A stretch of DNA of 46,767 bases, taken from contig CANPWJ010000001.1 of the NCBI GenBank assembly GCA_947584035.1, positions 1 through 46,767 on the forward strand, given 5' to 3'. The position numbers and the translations under genes are program-made. The DNA comes from an uncultured Acetatifactor sp. Its GTDB lineage: Bacteria; Bacillota; Clostridia; Lachnospirales; Lachnospiraceae. The notes below the pieces were generated by a model that was not told the DNA's origin, made no database searches, and saw only the letters and a program-made list of their open reading frames with translations. This document shows, one piece after another, positions 1 through 10,308 of this stretch (within the stretch, counting starts at the first letter, position 1; each line of letters begins with the position of its first letter).

Positions 1-959
1 GCGACATTATGAATTCCCTGACCAGAAGCGTGCTGACGCTGGCCTCCTACGACAAGAATTGCAGCGACACCTCCGTGGAGAACGTGCTGCGCCAGTGCAT
101 CGGGCTGATCAGCGTGTTTCCCATGCTGGCGGTGTACGGGTATCACGCTTACAATCACTATGAAAATGATGAGAGCATGTACATCCATCGCCCGCAGAAG
201 AAACTCTCCACGGCAGAGAACCTGCTGCAGATGCTTCGCCCGGACCGGAAGTATACGGAGCTGGAGGCGAGGGTGCTGGACATCGCTCTGGTATTACATA
301 TGGAGCACGGCGGGGGCAACAACTCCACCTTTACCACCCGCGTGGTGACTTCCTCCGGTTCCGACACCTACTCGGTGGTGGCGGCGGCGCTCTCTTCCCT
401 GAAGGGGCCCAAGCATGGCGGGGCGAATATCAAGGTGGTGGAGATGATGCGGGATATCGAGGCCAACGTGTCCGATTGGGAGGACGAGGACGCTGTCCGG
501 GCTTATCTGACGCGCATCCTGAACCGGGAGGTGTTCGACCGGAAGGGCCTGATCTACGGCATGGGCCACGCGGTGTACTCCCTTTCTGATCCCAGAGCCC
601 AGGTGTTTAAAGGGTTCGTGCAGCAGCTTGCCAAGGCCAAGGGCCGGGATAAGGATTTCGCACTGTATTCCATGATCGAGCGTCTGGCTCCGGAGGTAAT
701 CTCCCAGAAATCGCGCATCTATAAGGGGGTCAGCGCCAACGTGGACTTCTACAGCGGCTTCGTGTACAGTATGCTGGAAATTCCGCTGGAGCTGTACACG
801 CCGATCTTTGCGATCGCCAGGATCGTGGGATGGAGCGCCCATCGGATCGAGGAGCTGATCAATATGGACAAGATCATCCGCCCCGCGTATAAGAGCGTGA
901 TGGAGGAGAAAACATACGTGAGGATGGAGGACCGGCAGGACGGAGGGGCCAGCCTGTGA
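1..959 (+). CDS. gltA: Citrate synthase (citrate/2-methylcitrate synthase), 5' end outside window
   Basis: LHMEHGGGNNSTF, GPKHGGAN, YGMGHAVY, NVDFYSG and ARIVGWSAH motifs; frame open from window start. Confidence 0.93.
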   Translation, partial: DIMNSLTRSVLTLASYDKNCSDTSVENVLRQCIGLISVFPMLAVYGYHAYNHYENDESMYIHRPQKKLSTAENLLQMLRPDRKYTELEARVLDIALVLHMEHGGGNNSTFTTRVVTSSGSDTYSVVAAALSSLKGPKHGGANIKVVEMMRDIEANVSDWEDEDAVRAYLTRILNREVFDRKGLIYGMGHAVYSLSDPRAQVFKGFVQQLAKAKGRDKDFALYSMIERLAPEVISQKSRIYKGVSANVDFYSGFVYSMLEIPLELYTPIFAIARIVGWSAHRIEELINMDKIIRPAYKSVMEEKTYVRMEDRQDGGASL

Positions 960-1046
960 AGGCTTCAGCCCCCTTCTTCGAGACGCGTTTTCGAGTATAA
1001 GATAAATGTTGAATTGCCTGTCCGGCAGACAATCGGAACGCTGGGA

Positions 1047-1074
1047 CATCTCTATCCGGTGCATCTCTATCCGG
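1047..1074. repeat. Tandem duplication of CATCTCTATCCGG (15-bp period)
   Basis: Identical 13-mers at 1047-1059 and 1062-1074. Confidence 0.8.
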
Positions 1075-1212
1075 CGTATACAGACTCCTTGTTGTGAAGA
1101 TCACATTTCCGGAGTGGTACGGATGGCTGTGCATGGGTTATCTCTGATGACGAGCCGAAGCCGAAGGACGCGAGATTTAAGAGATGAGAGATACAAAGGG
1201 GGAAGCGTAGCG

Positions 1213-2661
1213 ATGGAAAATCTGGACAAGCTTGTTCGTCAGCTTTGCACCTACCCGGATGAAACGCCGTGGCTTGAATTTAAGCACAATAATTATGAAC
1301 CGGAAATGATAGGTATGGACATTAGTGCACTTGCCAATGGCGCAACATTAGATGAAAAGAGTTGTGCATATTTTATTTGGGGCATTAAGGATGGAACTCA
1401 CGAAATTGTCGGAACAAATCACAACCTTCAGAATCTAAAAAAGGGTAATGAAGAGCTGGAGAACTGGCTCCGTAGACGGCTGTCAAAAAACGCTGACTTC
1501 GAATATCATACGGTAGAAATGGATAATGTAACTGTGGGGGTGATGATCATCCAATGTGCAATCAGTCAACCTGTTACATTTCAAAAAGCAGAGTATATAC
1601 GTGTGGGCAGTTATACGAAGCGCTTGTTGGAGTATCCGGCTTTGCAGTCTAAGCTGTGGGGGAGGCTCCATAACCGCAATTTTGAGGAACAGCCCGCTGC
1701 GCAGGATTTAGAGCTGTCCACCGCCTTGCGTATGCTGGATTATAACGTCTATTTTGATTTAATTGAAATACCGCAACCTGCCTCTGTTGACAATATCGCG
1801 CATTATATGTTGGAGGAAGGGATTCTGCTGCGGCAGGATAATGGTCTATACGAAATTACCAATATGGGGGCAATCCTGTTTGCAAAGCGTCTTGCAGACT
1901 TCCCTAAACTGTCCAGAAAAGCTATTCGGGTGGTTCAATTTGAAGGAAATAACCGGCTGAAGATGCTGAAGGAAGATATCGGCGGGAAAGGATATGCTGT
2001 TGGATTTGAGGGACTCATCAAGTATATTGAGGCTTTGATCCCAACGCAGGAGATCATTACGGATGCTCTTAGAGAAAAGCGCTCTGCTTACCCTATGCTC
2101 GCTATCAGAGAGGCCGTTGCCAATGCTCTGATCCATCAGGATTTTTCTATATCTGGGACAGGGCCAACCGTTGAGCTCTTTAATAACCGACTGGAAATTA
2201 CAAACTCCGGTATTCCTTTGGTAGATATAAAGCGCATAGTTGATAACCCTCCCAAATCACGGAACGAAAGACTTGCCTCTTTGATGCGGCGGTTAAGGAT
2301 GTGCGAGGAATTAGGGACAGGATGGGATAAAATCGTTATTTCCTGCGAAGTTCAGCAGCTTCCCACGCCTCGTATAGAATTATACGAGGAAAGCACAAGA
2401 GTTACAATTTTCTCCGAGATTCCATTTACCGGGATGTCATTAGAGGATAAGCTTTGGGCTTGCTACATGCACGCTTGTATTTTGCATGTTCAAGGGGAAC
2501 AACTGACAAATGCTTCTCTTCGCAACCGATTTGGGGTACCACAGACTTCATCGGGAAGTATATCGCGATTGATCAAAGAAGCGGTAGCGGAAAATTTCAT
2601 AAGGCCGCTCGACCCCACAACGTCAAACAAGTATATGAAGTATGTCCCGTTTTGGGCATAA
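1213..2661 (+). CDS. Schlafen/AlbA_2 domain protein with HATPase_c_4 (RecG C-terminal-like) domain and C-terminal HTH
   Basis: N-terminal ETPWLEFK...ISALANG...YFIWGIKD (AlbA_2); YPMLAIREAVANALIHQDF and SRNERLASLMRRLRMCEELGTGWDKI (HATPase_c_4); ATG 1213 after GGGGA; AT-richer than flanks. Confidence 0.85.
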   Translation: MENLDKLVRQLCTYPDETPWLEFKHNNYEPEMIGMDISALANGATLDEKSCAYFIWGIKDGTHEIVGTNHNLQNLKKGNEELENWLRRRLSKNADFEYHTVEMDNVTVGVMIIQCAISQPVTFQKAEYIRVGSYTKRLLEYPALQSKLWGRLHNRNFEEQPAAQDLELSTALRMLDYNVYFDLIEIPQPASVDNIAHYMLEEGILLRQDNGLYEITNMGAILFAKRLADFPKLSRKAIRVVQFEGNNRLKMLKEDIGGKGYAVGFEGLIKYIEALIPTQEIITDALREKRSAYPMLAIREAVANALIHQDFSISGTGPTVELFNNRLEITNSGIPLVDIKRIVDNPPKSRNERLASLMRRLRMCEELGTGWDKIVISCEVQQLPTPRIELYEESTRVTIFSEIPFTGMSLEDKLWACYMHACILHVQGEQLTNASLRNRFGVPQTSSGSISRLIKEAVAENFIRPLDPTTSNKYMKYVPFWA

Positions 2662-2803
2662 TCTTATTTGCCGGTCATTTGCCGGTCATTTGCCGATGGA
2701 GATTTTTAGCCGAGAAAAACACGCGAAAACCGCAATATTTTGTAGATCGTAAAAGAAATAAGGCCCTATTCAGGTGAAATCTTATTTGCCGGTCATTTGC
2801 CGG
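2660..2803. repeat. 26-bp direct repeat AATCTTATTTGCCGGTCATTTGCCGG (2660-2685, 2778-2803) built from ATTTGCCGGTC 11-mers
   Basis: Read directly: three 11-mers at 2666-2698 (third imperfect) and two more starting at 2784. Confidence 0.9.
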
Positions 2804-2895
2804 CAAGGCAATATGTTGCTGTTAATAGGGCAGAGTAGAGGCATTAGGGCTTGTTTGAGCCAGCGGCCTGAGATGAGCGTCTCCGCAGAAAGCGT

Positions 2896-2941
2896 AAGAA
2901 CAGCCATACCCGGAATACTTCCGGATATGGCTGTTCTTTTT
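2896..2941. terminator. Long hairpin, probable intrinsic terminator between convergent genes
   Basis: AAGAACAGCCATACCCGGAA / TTCCGGATATGGCTGTTCTT (20-bp arms, 1 mismatch) followed by a T run. Confidence 0.8.
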
Positions 2942-3007
2942 GCTGCACCTCTGCAACCTCGCATCTTAAATTTTACATCTCAAATTCTCAATCTTAAATC
3001 TTCCATC

Positions 3008-4762
3008 TTAGATCTTAAATCTCCGCATATGCTCCGTCAGTGTGAAGGCTGCGGCGGACACCTCATCCGCACTCTCGGATACCTTCCTGCTGTCGCTGGA
3101 GAACTGCAGGGAGGTTTCCGACAGGGTTTCTGTGGAGGCCTGGATCTCCGCGGTGCTGGCGGACTGTTCCTGGGAGAGGGCGGCGATATTCGTGGCCACG
3201 TCGTCCACCTGATTGATCTCGCCCACGATCTCCTGGAGCATCTGCCCGGTGTCGGAGACGTTCCGGTAAATGTTCTCGAACACCTGGCAGGAGTCGGTGA
3301 CCTTCCTGGAGTTTTCCTCGATGTAGGAAACGCTCTGTCCGGTCTGCTCGATCATGTCGTTCACCTCGGTGCTGATCTGCTCGATGATGTTCGTGATCTG
3401 CGCCGCGGATTCGGAGCTGTTCTCCGCCAGCTTCCGGATCTCCTCCGCCACAACGGCAAAGCCCCTTCCGGCTTCTCCGGCTCTGGCGGCCTCGATGGCT
3501 GCGTTCAGGGACAGGAGATTGGTCTGATCCGCGATGTCGCTGATCATGGTGACCATGGAATTGATCTGCTGGGTGGACTCGCCCACCTCCGTCACGATAT
3601 CCTTCAGGTGCTTGATGGATTCGACGATGGTGTCCATGGTGCTGCCCACGGACTGCATGTCGTCCCGGCCCTTGGAGGCCACCTGCACCGTATTCTGCAT
3701 GTTTACGAGGGCGTCCGCTCCTCTCTGCGTGGTGGCGCTCACGACGCCGGAGAGGGTGACCGCGTGTTCCGCCAGATCCTGCACGCCGCCGGCCACCTGG
3801 TCGATGGTGATCTGCACGTCCCCCATGGACTCCGCCTGTGCCTCAGAAGCGGTGTTCAGCACCCCGGCGATATTCTTGGTGTTGGTGCTGGAATCGCTGA
3901 GCTGGTCGGAGACGTCGTGGATGTCGTGGATCACCTCGCGCATGACGGAGACAAAGTCCTCCAGGGAGCGGCTCATCACCGCGATCTCATCGTTCCCCTT
4001 TGAATGGATGTCCACGGTAAAGTCGCCGTCCGCGATTGTGGTCAGGACCTGTGTCAGCGACTGGATCGGCTTTAACATCTGGCGGATGGCGATACTCACC
4101 ACGACGACCACGATCGCCAGGATAACAAAGAAGATCAGGAGGATCGTGTAGAGGAGCTGGGCCAGATCAGAGAGGATGTAGCTCTCGGAGATGTAGGAAA
4201 CCAGGGCCCAGGGGGCGCCGTCTATGTAGGAGACCACTACGTAGTACCGTTCCAGCCCGTCGGAGATGGACGTGACCTCCGTGCTTCCGCTGGAGATCAG
4301 GGTACCCAGGTCGCCCAGGAAGGTGCCGGGCGCATAGTCCGTGAGCACCGTGTCCACCAGCTCCTTGTCCCCGTGGGCCAGGATGGTCAGGCTCCGCGTA
4401 TCGATCAGGGAGGCGTAGCCCTCCTCCATGATCCGGATATTCTGCACGTCGTCGTAGAGCTGTCTGCGCGCTGCCGGAGTCAGGGTCAGGTTGCGGTACG
4501 CTTCCTCAATGCTCTCGCTTCCCGTGGACATGAGCAGGTTGATGGTGACGGTTTTCATGTTGGAGACCGCCTCCTTCTCCAGAGTCCGCTTGGAATTGGC
4601 GAGGATGGTCTGGGAGCTGCTGATAAAGATCAGCGCGGATGTGGCCACAAAGGACAGAAGGAAAAGCGGCAGGATAATGCAGAGCAGCTTTTTCTGTATG
4701 CCGAACACTTTCCGGCCGCGAAGTTTTTTGGAAGTATCTGCCTCAGATTTTTGTTTTTTCAT
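3008..4762 (-). CDS. Methyl-accepting chemotaxis protein (2 TM, Cache-like sensor, HAMP)
   Basis: [38 protein letters not shown] signalling hairpin; ATG 4762 after GAGGG. Confidence 0.93.
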   Translation of the reverse strand: MKKQKSEADTSKKLRGRKVFGIQKKLLCIILPLFLLSFVATSALIFISSSQTILANSKRTLEKEAVSNMKTVTINLLMSTGSESIEEAYRNLTLTPAARRQLYDDVQNIRIMEEGYASLIDTRSLTILAHGDKELVDTVLTDYAPGTFLGDLGTLISSGSTEVTSISDGLERYYVVVSYIDGAPWALVSYISESYILSDLAQLLYTILLIFFVILAIVVVVVSIAIRQMLKPIQSLTQVLTTIADGDFTVDIHSKGNDEIAVMSRSLEDFVSVMREVIHDIHDVSDQLSDSSTNTKNIAGVLNTASEAQAESMGDVQITIDQVAGGVQDLAEHAVTLSGVVSATTQRGADALVNMQNTVQVASKGRDDMQSVGSTMDTIVESIKHLKDIVTEVGESTQQINSMVTMISDIADQTNLLSLNAAIEAARAGEAGRGFAVVAEEIRKLAENSSESAAQITNIIEQISTEVNDMIEQTGQSVSYIEENSRKVTDSCQVFENIYRNVSDTGQMLQEIVGEINQVDDVATNIAALSQEQSASTAEIQASTETLSETSLQFSSDSRKVSESADEVSAAAFTLTEHMRRFKI

Positions 4763-4849
4763 TCGTTTCCCTCTTTTCCGAACAATAGTTATAATAAAGA
4801 TAACATATTTCGGAAAAATAAGCAATAATATACGCGCTTTCTTTGACGC

Positions 4850-4877
4850 TTGAAAGAGGAAAATTTTGTGATAGAAT
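4850..4877 (+). promoter_or_regulatory. sigmaA-type promoter for the DUF2974 gene
   Basis: TTGAAA-16 nt-TAGAAT with extended TG. Confidence 0.5.
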
Positions 4878-4945
4878 ATAGAGGGATCCGGAAGAGAATG
4901 CCGGAAAGGGCCCGGAGAGAGGGTCGGTACGGAAGGAGAAGGCGG

Positions 4946-6148
4946 ATGGGGACGATCATTGATTATCTGAAAGAATACGGGGAATGTTCCTTTCGGGACA
5001 TGCCGCTGAATGACGTGGACAGCCTGGTTTTCTGCCAGCTATCCTATTTAAAATTTGACGGCCTGGTGCCGGATGTGCGGGAATGCGGGGAGACGCCCAC
5101 CCTGGAGGAGGTGGCCGGGCGCGCGGACGCGGAGCGTTTGTTTTCCGATGTGCGCTATGAGAAGGAGAACCGCGCGCTTTTGGAGGCGATGCTGGCGGGT
5201 CTAAGATACCGCACGCTTCGACTGGGCGATTATGTGAACCGGATCGAGAAGGAAGGGGAGACGCAGTTTTCCGCCGTCACCTTCCTGCCGGAGGACGGCA
5301 CGGTCTATGTGGCCTTTCGCGGGACGGACGAGACAATCGTCGGGTGGAAGGAGGACTTCAACATGGCGTTTTTGTCCCCCATCCCGGGGCAGACGTACAG
5401 TGTGGAATACCTGAATACTGTTCTGGACAGAAGGGACGGCAGCCTGATCGTGGGGGGCCACTCGAAGGGCGGCAACCTGGCGGTCTACAGTGCCATGAAC
5501 TGCCGCCGCGCAGAACAGGGCCGCATCCGAAGGATCTACAGCATGGACGGGCCGGGCTTCCGCCCGGAGGTCCTGAAAAAGTGTGGCTATGAGCGGATCG
5601 CCGACCGGGTGGTCAAGATCCTGCCCCGCTCCTCGCTGGTGGGAATGCTCTTTGAGCGGGAGATCCGCTACGAGGTGGTGGAGAGCAAGTATTTCGGCCT
5701 GGCCCAGCACGACCCCTACAGCTGGAAGGTGGAGGGCAGACACTTCATCCGGGTGCCGGATATCTACGAGGGCGTCCGGAAGATGGACGACACCTTAAAC
5801 GAGTGGATCCTGTCTCTGGATGAGGTGCAGCTTCGGACCTTTGTGGACACCCTGTTCCAGGTGATCTCCGCGTCCCAGGCGGAGGATCTGATCGCTTTTA
5901 CCGCCGACTGGAAAAAGAGTATGAACGGCGTGATCTCGGCTCTGCGCGAGGTGGACGATGACACGGCGAGGATGCTGAAGCAGATCGTCAGGTCGCTTTT
6001 TGAGATTGCGCGGATGCACGTAAGGGAGGACGTGACAGCGGGGATCGCAGGGATGGAAAGGCAGCGCCTCCTGCCCAAAAACGATTCCTCCCACAGGCGT
6101 GGATCCAGGAAAAAAGAAGGGACAGAAGCGGTTCTCCCCGCAGAGTAG
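4946..6148 (+). CDS. DUF2974 (Mbeg1-like) alpha/beta hydrolase, lipase-like
   Basis: [28 protein letters not shown] nucleophile elbow, DGPGF, QHDPYSW; RBS AAGGAG. Confidence 0.88.
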   Translation: MGTIIDYLKEYGECSFRDMPLNDVDSLVFCQLSYLKFDGLVPDVRECGETPTLEEVAGRADAERLFSDVRYEKENRALLEAMLAGLRYRTLRLGDYVNRIEKEGETQFSAVTFLPEDGTVYVAFRGTDETIVGWKEDFNMAFLSPIPGQTYSVEYLNTVLDRRDGSLIVGGHSKGGNLAVYSAMNCRRAEQGRIRRIYSMDGPGFRPEVLKKCGYERIADRVVKILPRSSLVGMLFEREIRYEVVESKYFGLAQHDPYSWKVEGRHFIRVPDIYEGVRKMDDTLNEWILSLDEVQLRTFVDTLFQVISASQAEDLIAFTADWKKSMNGVISALREVDDDTARMLKQIVRSLFEIARMHVREDVTAGIAGMERQRLLPKNDSSHRRGSRKKEGTEAVLPAE

Positions 6149-6731
6149 TCCGCAGCGGATCCAGCCGTTCCGGATGCCATTGTAGTCCCAGGATGGGCAG
6201 ACATTCGTGGACAATGGCCTCCACGCACCCGTCCGCTTCGCACCACTGGATGGCCCGCAGGTTCGTCCCCAGGATCCCCACTCCCTGATGATGGGCGCTG
6301 TTGACCAGGGCGTGCCCGCCGTAGAGCTCATACAGGCAGGAGCCCTCCAGGACGGCGGTGCGGTGGTACTGGTCCTGATCGGTATAGCGGTGGAGGGAGG
6401 CGCTTTCCAGATCCTGCCGGAGGGTGCCTCCCAACGCCACGTTGATCACCTGCATCCCCTTGCAGATGCCCAGGACGGGAAGGCGGCCCGCGAGGGCGTG
6501 CTCCAATGCCTGAAACTGCAGGATATCCAACTCGGTGTCGATGTTTCGGGAGGCGGTGTTGTGCTCCCCGAAGAAGGCGGGCGTGATGTCTCCGCCGCCC
6601 GGCAGCACCAGCGCGTCGCAGCGCGTCACAGCGTCCGGCTCCAGCGTGGTGAAGGGGTGAAAGGGCGGTCGGTCGAAGAAACGCTCGTAATTTTGGGTAA
6701 ATTCTTTTCGGCCAAGGATGGCAAGTTTCAT
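5988..6731 (-). CDS. Peptidase C26 / gamma-glutamyl-gamma-aminobutyrate hydrolase family glutamine amidotransferase
   Basis: LPGGGDI, PVLGICKGMQ (catalytic Cys), VNSAHHQ, GLQWHPE. Confidence 0.9.
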   Translation of the reverse strand: MKLAILGRKEFTQNYERFFDRPPFHPFTTLEPDAVTRCDALVLPGGGDITPAFFGEHNTASRNIDTELDILQFQALEHALAGRLPVLGICKGMQVINVALGGTLRQDLESASLHRYTDQDQYHRTAVLEGSCLYELYGGHALVNSAHHQGVGILGTNLRAIQWCEADGCVEAIVHECLPILGLQWHPERLDPLRTTLRGEPLLSLLFSWIHACGRNRFWAGGAAFPSLRSPLSRPPLRASAQSQKAT

Positions 6732-6957
6732 AAAGGGGCCTCGATGGAAGTCGTCACAGCAGTATATGCGGGGCGGCCGGAGCCAAGAAGCGCTTCTGGC
6801 GCAAATGCCCCGGATTTTTTCATAAAAAAGGATTTATTAAAAAAGAATAAAATAGGCAATTTGTCTCTGTTCTTTTGGAAAGAAAAGGAGTAAAATAGAT
6901 GAGATTTCAGTGGGACAGCCCTGTCCCCTGAGAATACATAGGAAAGGAAGTGAGTGT

Positions 6958-7647
6958 ATGGGAGATCTGGCGGCAGAACTGCTGGAGGAATTGAACTGCG
7001 ACACCGCGTTTTCCTTCCGGATAGGCGCCTTTCAGGTGGATGTGCTGGAATCGGTGGTGATCACCTGGGTTATTATGGCGGTGATTCTGATCCTGTCGGT
7101 TTTCCTGACGAGAAATCTGAAGGTTCACGACATCGGCAAAAGACAGCTGGTGCTGGAGACGGCGGTCACAAAGCTCCAGGGTTTCGTGACTGGAATGATC
7201 GGGGAGGAAGGCAGGGCCTACGTGCCTTATCTCTGCACGGTGCTCCTCTACATCGGCATGGCCAACCTGATCGGGCTGTTTGGAATGAAGCCGCCCACCA
7301 AGGATATGAACGTCACCGCGGCGCTGGCGCTTATGAGCATCGTTTTGATCGAGGCCGCGGGGATCCGGCAGAGGGGAGTCCGGGGATGGCTCAAAAGCTT
7401 TACCAAGCCGATTGCCATTGTGACCCCGATCAATATCCTGGAGATCTTTATCCGTCCCCTGTCACTGTGTATGCGGTTGTTTGGAAATGTGCTGGGAGCC
7501 TTTGTCATCATGGAGCTGATCAAGCTGCTCCTTCCGGTGGCGTTGCCGGTGCCCTTCAGCTTTTATTTTGACATTTTTGACGGACTGATCCAGGCCTATG
7601 TGTTTGTGTTCCTGACTTCCCTGTTCATCAAGGAAGCGATCGAATAG
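6958..7647 (+). CDS. atpB: F1Fo ATP synthase subunit a
   Basis: [22 protein letters not shown] and [10 protein letters not shown] motifs; first gene of the atp operon. Confidence 0.95.
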   Translation: MGDLAAELLEELNCDTAFSFRIGAFQVDVLESVVITWVIMAVILILSVFLTRNLKVHDIGKRQLVLETAVTKLQGFVTGMIGEEGRAYVPYLCTVLLYIGMANLIGLFGMKPPTKDMNVTAALALMSIVLIEAAGIRQRGVRGWLKSFTKPIAIVTPINILEIFIRPLSLCMRLFGNVLGAFVIMELIKLLLPVALPVPFSFYFDIFDGLIQAYVFVFLTSLFIKEAIE

Positions 7648-7653
7648 ATCGAA

Positions 7654-7724
7654 CAGCAAAAAAGAAAAGCAAAAAGCAAAAAAGAAAAGCAAAAAAGAAA
7701 AAGTAAGAAGAAAAAAGAAAAAGA
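7654..7724 (+). repeat. A-rich low-complexity spacer with repeated GCAAAAAAGAAAA units
   Basis: About 70 nt almost entirely A/G between atpB and atpE. Confidence 0.8.
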
Positions 7725-7759
7725 TATGCCGTTTACACGGCGGAACGGAGGAAACTATT

Positions 7760-7978
7760 ATGATAGCAATCGGAGCGGGCATCGCGGCGCTGGCATGTAT
7801 CGGAGCCGGCATCGGTATCGGGATCGCCACCAGCAAGGCGGCGGAGGCTGTGGCGAGACAGCCGGAGGCAGAGGGAAAGATCACAAAGATCCTGCTTTTG
7901 GGCGGAGCGCTGGCCGAGGCAACCGCTATTTACGGTTTCGTGATCGGCGTCCTGATCATTCTCTTTATGGGGTCATAA
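7760..7978 (+). CDS. atpE: F1Fo ATP synthase subunit c
   Basis: GAGIGIG, ARQPE loop, LAEATAIY carboxylate; RBS GGAGG. Confidence 0.95.
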   Translation: MIAIGAGIAALACIGAGIGIGIATSKAAEAVARQPEAEGKITKILLLGGALAEATAIYGFVIGVLIILFMGS

Positions 7979-8030
7979 GGCTTCTGAGGCGGAGGATCCG
8001 GATTATCATGGAAAGGAAAGGACGACAGTC

Positions 8031-8516
8031 ATGCTGAAATTAGATATCAATCTTCTGTTTACCGTCATCAATCTTCTCATCCTGTATTTTATCGTGCAGA
8101 AGTTTCTGTTTAAGCCGGTGCAGAAGGTGTTGGACGCCAGGAAAGCGGAGATCGCCAAACAGTATGCCGATGCCAGGGAGGCTCAGGATACGGCGGAGGG
8201 GCTGAAGCAGCAGTATGAGGCATCCGCCAGGGAGCTGGACGACGGCAGGGAGCGCATCCTGGAGGAAGCCAGGGAGAAGGCCGGACAGGAGTATGACAAG
8301 ATCCTGGAGGAGGCCAGGGCACAGGCGGACAAGATCCTGGAGGACGCCAGAAAGGATGCCGATGTGGAGCAGCAGCGGCGCAGACAGCAGACCCAGGAGG
8401 AGATCGCGGATCTGGTGATGACGGCCACCGCCAAGCTGGTAGCCTCCAAGCAGAACGCGGAGGCGGACCGGGCGCTCTACGATCAATTTATTGCAAAGAC
8501 GGGTGAGAAAGCGTGA
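8031..8516 (+). CDS. atpF: F1Fo ATP synthase subunit b
   Basis: N-terminal TM, KFLFKPV...LDARK, long coiled coil; operon position. Confidence 0.93.
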   Translation: MLKLDINLLFTVINLLILYFIVQKFLFKPVQKVLDARKAEIAKQYADAREAQDTAEGLKQQYEASARELDDGRERILEEAREKAGQEYDKILEEARAQADKILEDARKDADVEQQRRRQQTQEEIADLVMTATAKLVASKQNAEADRALYDQFIAKTGEKA

Positions 8517-10294
8517 GTGATAAGGTGAAAAAGAAAAAGTTCATCGTTACCCTGTCCTATGTCACGCCTCCCACGGAGGAGCAGCTTGCGGGCATCCGGG
8601 AGTTTATTGACCGGAAATACGTCACGGAGGAGCGCGGCCGGGAGGACATCGTCCTGGAGACCAGGGAAGATCCCTCGCTGGGCGGCGGCTTTGTGATCCG
8701 GGCGGGAAACGAGGTTTACGACTGGAGCGTGGACGGCCGCGTGCGGCAGCTCGCGGATAAATTAAAGCAGCTTGGGAGAGAGGCCGTCACCGGCTCGGAA
8801 GGCATCATCCCCATGCTGCGGAGCACGATAGAGGAATTTGAGCTGGAGGCATCCAATCACGAGATCGGGAGCGTGGTATGGGTGGGAGACGGCATTGCCA
8901 ATATCGCCGGGCTGGATCACGCCCTGTACGGGGAGATCCTGATCTTTGAGTGCGGTGTCAAGGGAATGGTGCAGGATATCCGCAGGGATACGGTGGGCTG
9001 CATCCTCTTTGGCCGGGACACGGAGATCCGGGAGGGCACCCGGGTGGCGCGCACGGGAAAGCGTGCCGGCGTTCCTGTGGGAGAGGGCTTCAAGGGCAGA
9101 GTCGTGGACGCCCTGGGAGCGCCCATCGACGGGAAGGGCCCCATCCGGGAGGAGGGCTACCGCCCGGTGGAATCGGAGGCGCCCTCCATCGTGGACCGGA
9201 AGTCGGTGAGCGTCACGATGGAGACGGGGATCCTGTCCATCGATTCCATGTTTCCCATCGGCCGGGGCCAGAGAGAGCTGATCATCGGCGACCGGCAGAC
9301 GGGCAAGACGTCCATCGCCCTGGACACGATCCTGAACCAGAAGGGGAAGGATGTGATCTGCGTCTATGTGGCCATCGGTCAGAAGGCGTCCACCATCGCC
9401 AAGCTGGTGACTACCCTGAAGAAGCACAACGCCATGGACTATACCATCGTGGTGTCCGCCACGGCCAGCGATCCGGCGCCTCTGCAATACATCGCGCCCT
9501 ACGCCGGCACGGCGTTCGCGGAATATTTCATGTACCGGGGGGAGGATGTGCTGATCGTGTATGACGATCTGTCCAAGCACGCGGTGGCTTACCGTGCGCT
9601 CTCCCTTCTGCTGGAGCGTTCTCCCGGCCGTGAGGCGTACCCCGGGGATGTGTTCTACTTACATTCCCGGCTGCTGGAGCGCTCTGCCCGGCTGAACGAG
9701 GAGCAGGGAGGAGGCTCCCTGACGGCGCTTCCCATCATAGAGACTCAGGCGGGGGACGTGTCCGCCTATATTCCCACCAATGTGATCTCCATCACGGACG
9801 GGCAGATCTATCTGGAGAGCGACCTGTTTTTCTCCGGCATGAGGCCCGCGGTCAACGTGGGACTTTCCGTGTCCCGTGTGGGCGGCGCGGCACAGACTAA
9901 GGCCATGAAGAAGGCGTCCGGAAGTCTGCGGATCGACCTGGCGCAGTTTCGGGAGATGGAGGTGTTCACCCAGTTTGCATCCGATTTGGACAGCACCACC
10001 AAGGAGCAGCTTAAGCACGGCCGTGTGCTGATGGAGATGCTGAAGCAGCCGCTGTGCAGACCTTTAAGTATGCCCGAGCAGGTGGTCACGCTGGTGGCCG
10101 CCGGAAGCAAAGTGATGGATGATCTTGCCCCCGGCAGCGTCAAGGACTTCCAGCAGGGGCTCCTGGACCACATGAGAAAGGAACACCCGGAGATCCTCCG
10201 GCAGCTGGAGATGACCGGGGAGCTGGACGAGATGACCCGGGACGGGATCCTGGAAGCCGCGGAGGCGTTTCGGGCACAGTACCGGGGTGAGTGA
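8513..10294 (+). CDS. atpA: F1 alpha subunit with N-terminal fused delta(OSCP) C-terminal domain
   Basis: GDRQTGKT P-loop, [20 protein letters not shown]; first ~100 aa contain [21 protein letters not shown], typical of the delta C-terminus. Confidence 0.93.
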   Translation: MSDKVKKKKFIVTLSYVTPPTEEQLAGIREFIDRKYVTEERGREDIVLETREDPSLGGGFVIRAGNEVYDWSVDGRVRQLADKLKQLGREAVTGSEGIIPMLRSTIEEFELEASNHEIGSVVWVGDGIANIAGLDHALYGEILIFECGVKGMVQDIRRDTVGCILFGRDTEIREGTRVARTGKRAGVPVGEGFKGRVVDALGAPIDGKGPIREEGYRPVESEAPSIVDRKSVSVTMETGILSIDSMFPIGRGQRELIIGDRQTGKTSIALDTILNQKGKDVICVYVAIGQKASTIAKLVTTLKKHNAMDYTIVVSATASDPAPLQYIAPYAGTAFAEYFMYRGEDVLIVYDDLSKHAVAYRALSLLLERSPGREAYPGDVFYLHSRLLERSARLNEEQGGGSLTALPIIETQAGDVSAYIPTNVISITDGQIYLESDLFFSGMRPAVNVGLSVSRVGGAAQTKAMKKASGSLRIDLAQFREMEVFTQFASDLDSTTKEQLKHGRVLMEMLKQPLCRPLSMPEQVVTLVAAGSKVMDDLAPGSVKDFQQGLLDHMRKEHPEILRQLEMTGELDEMTRDGILEAAEAFRAQYRGE

Positions 10295-10308
10295 CAGGAG
10301 GGCGTGAC

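Noticed and set aside
2660-2803. Possible CRISPR mini-array
   Set aside because: Only two 26-bp copies, a 92-bp spacer, internal tandem structure and no cas genes
2774-4003. 409-aa ORF and other long opposite-strand ORFs (e.g. 10995-12695, 14961-16676, 25247-26680, 28947-30872)
   Set aside because: Shadow ORFs antisense to well-supported genes in GC-rich DNA; no recognisable motifs
7760-7978. Na+-coupled or N-type ATPase
   Set aside because: Subunit c has EATAIY and lacks the Gln and ES/TT Na+ ligands; gene order is the standard F-type, without atpQ/atpR
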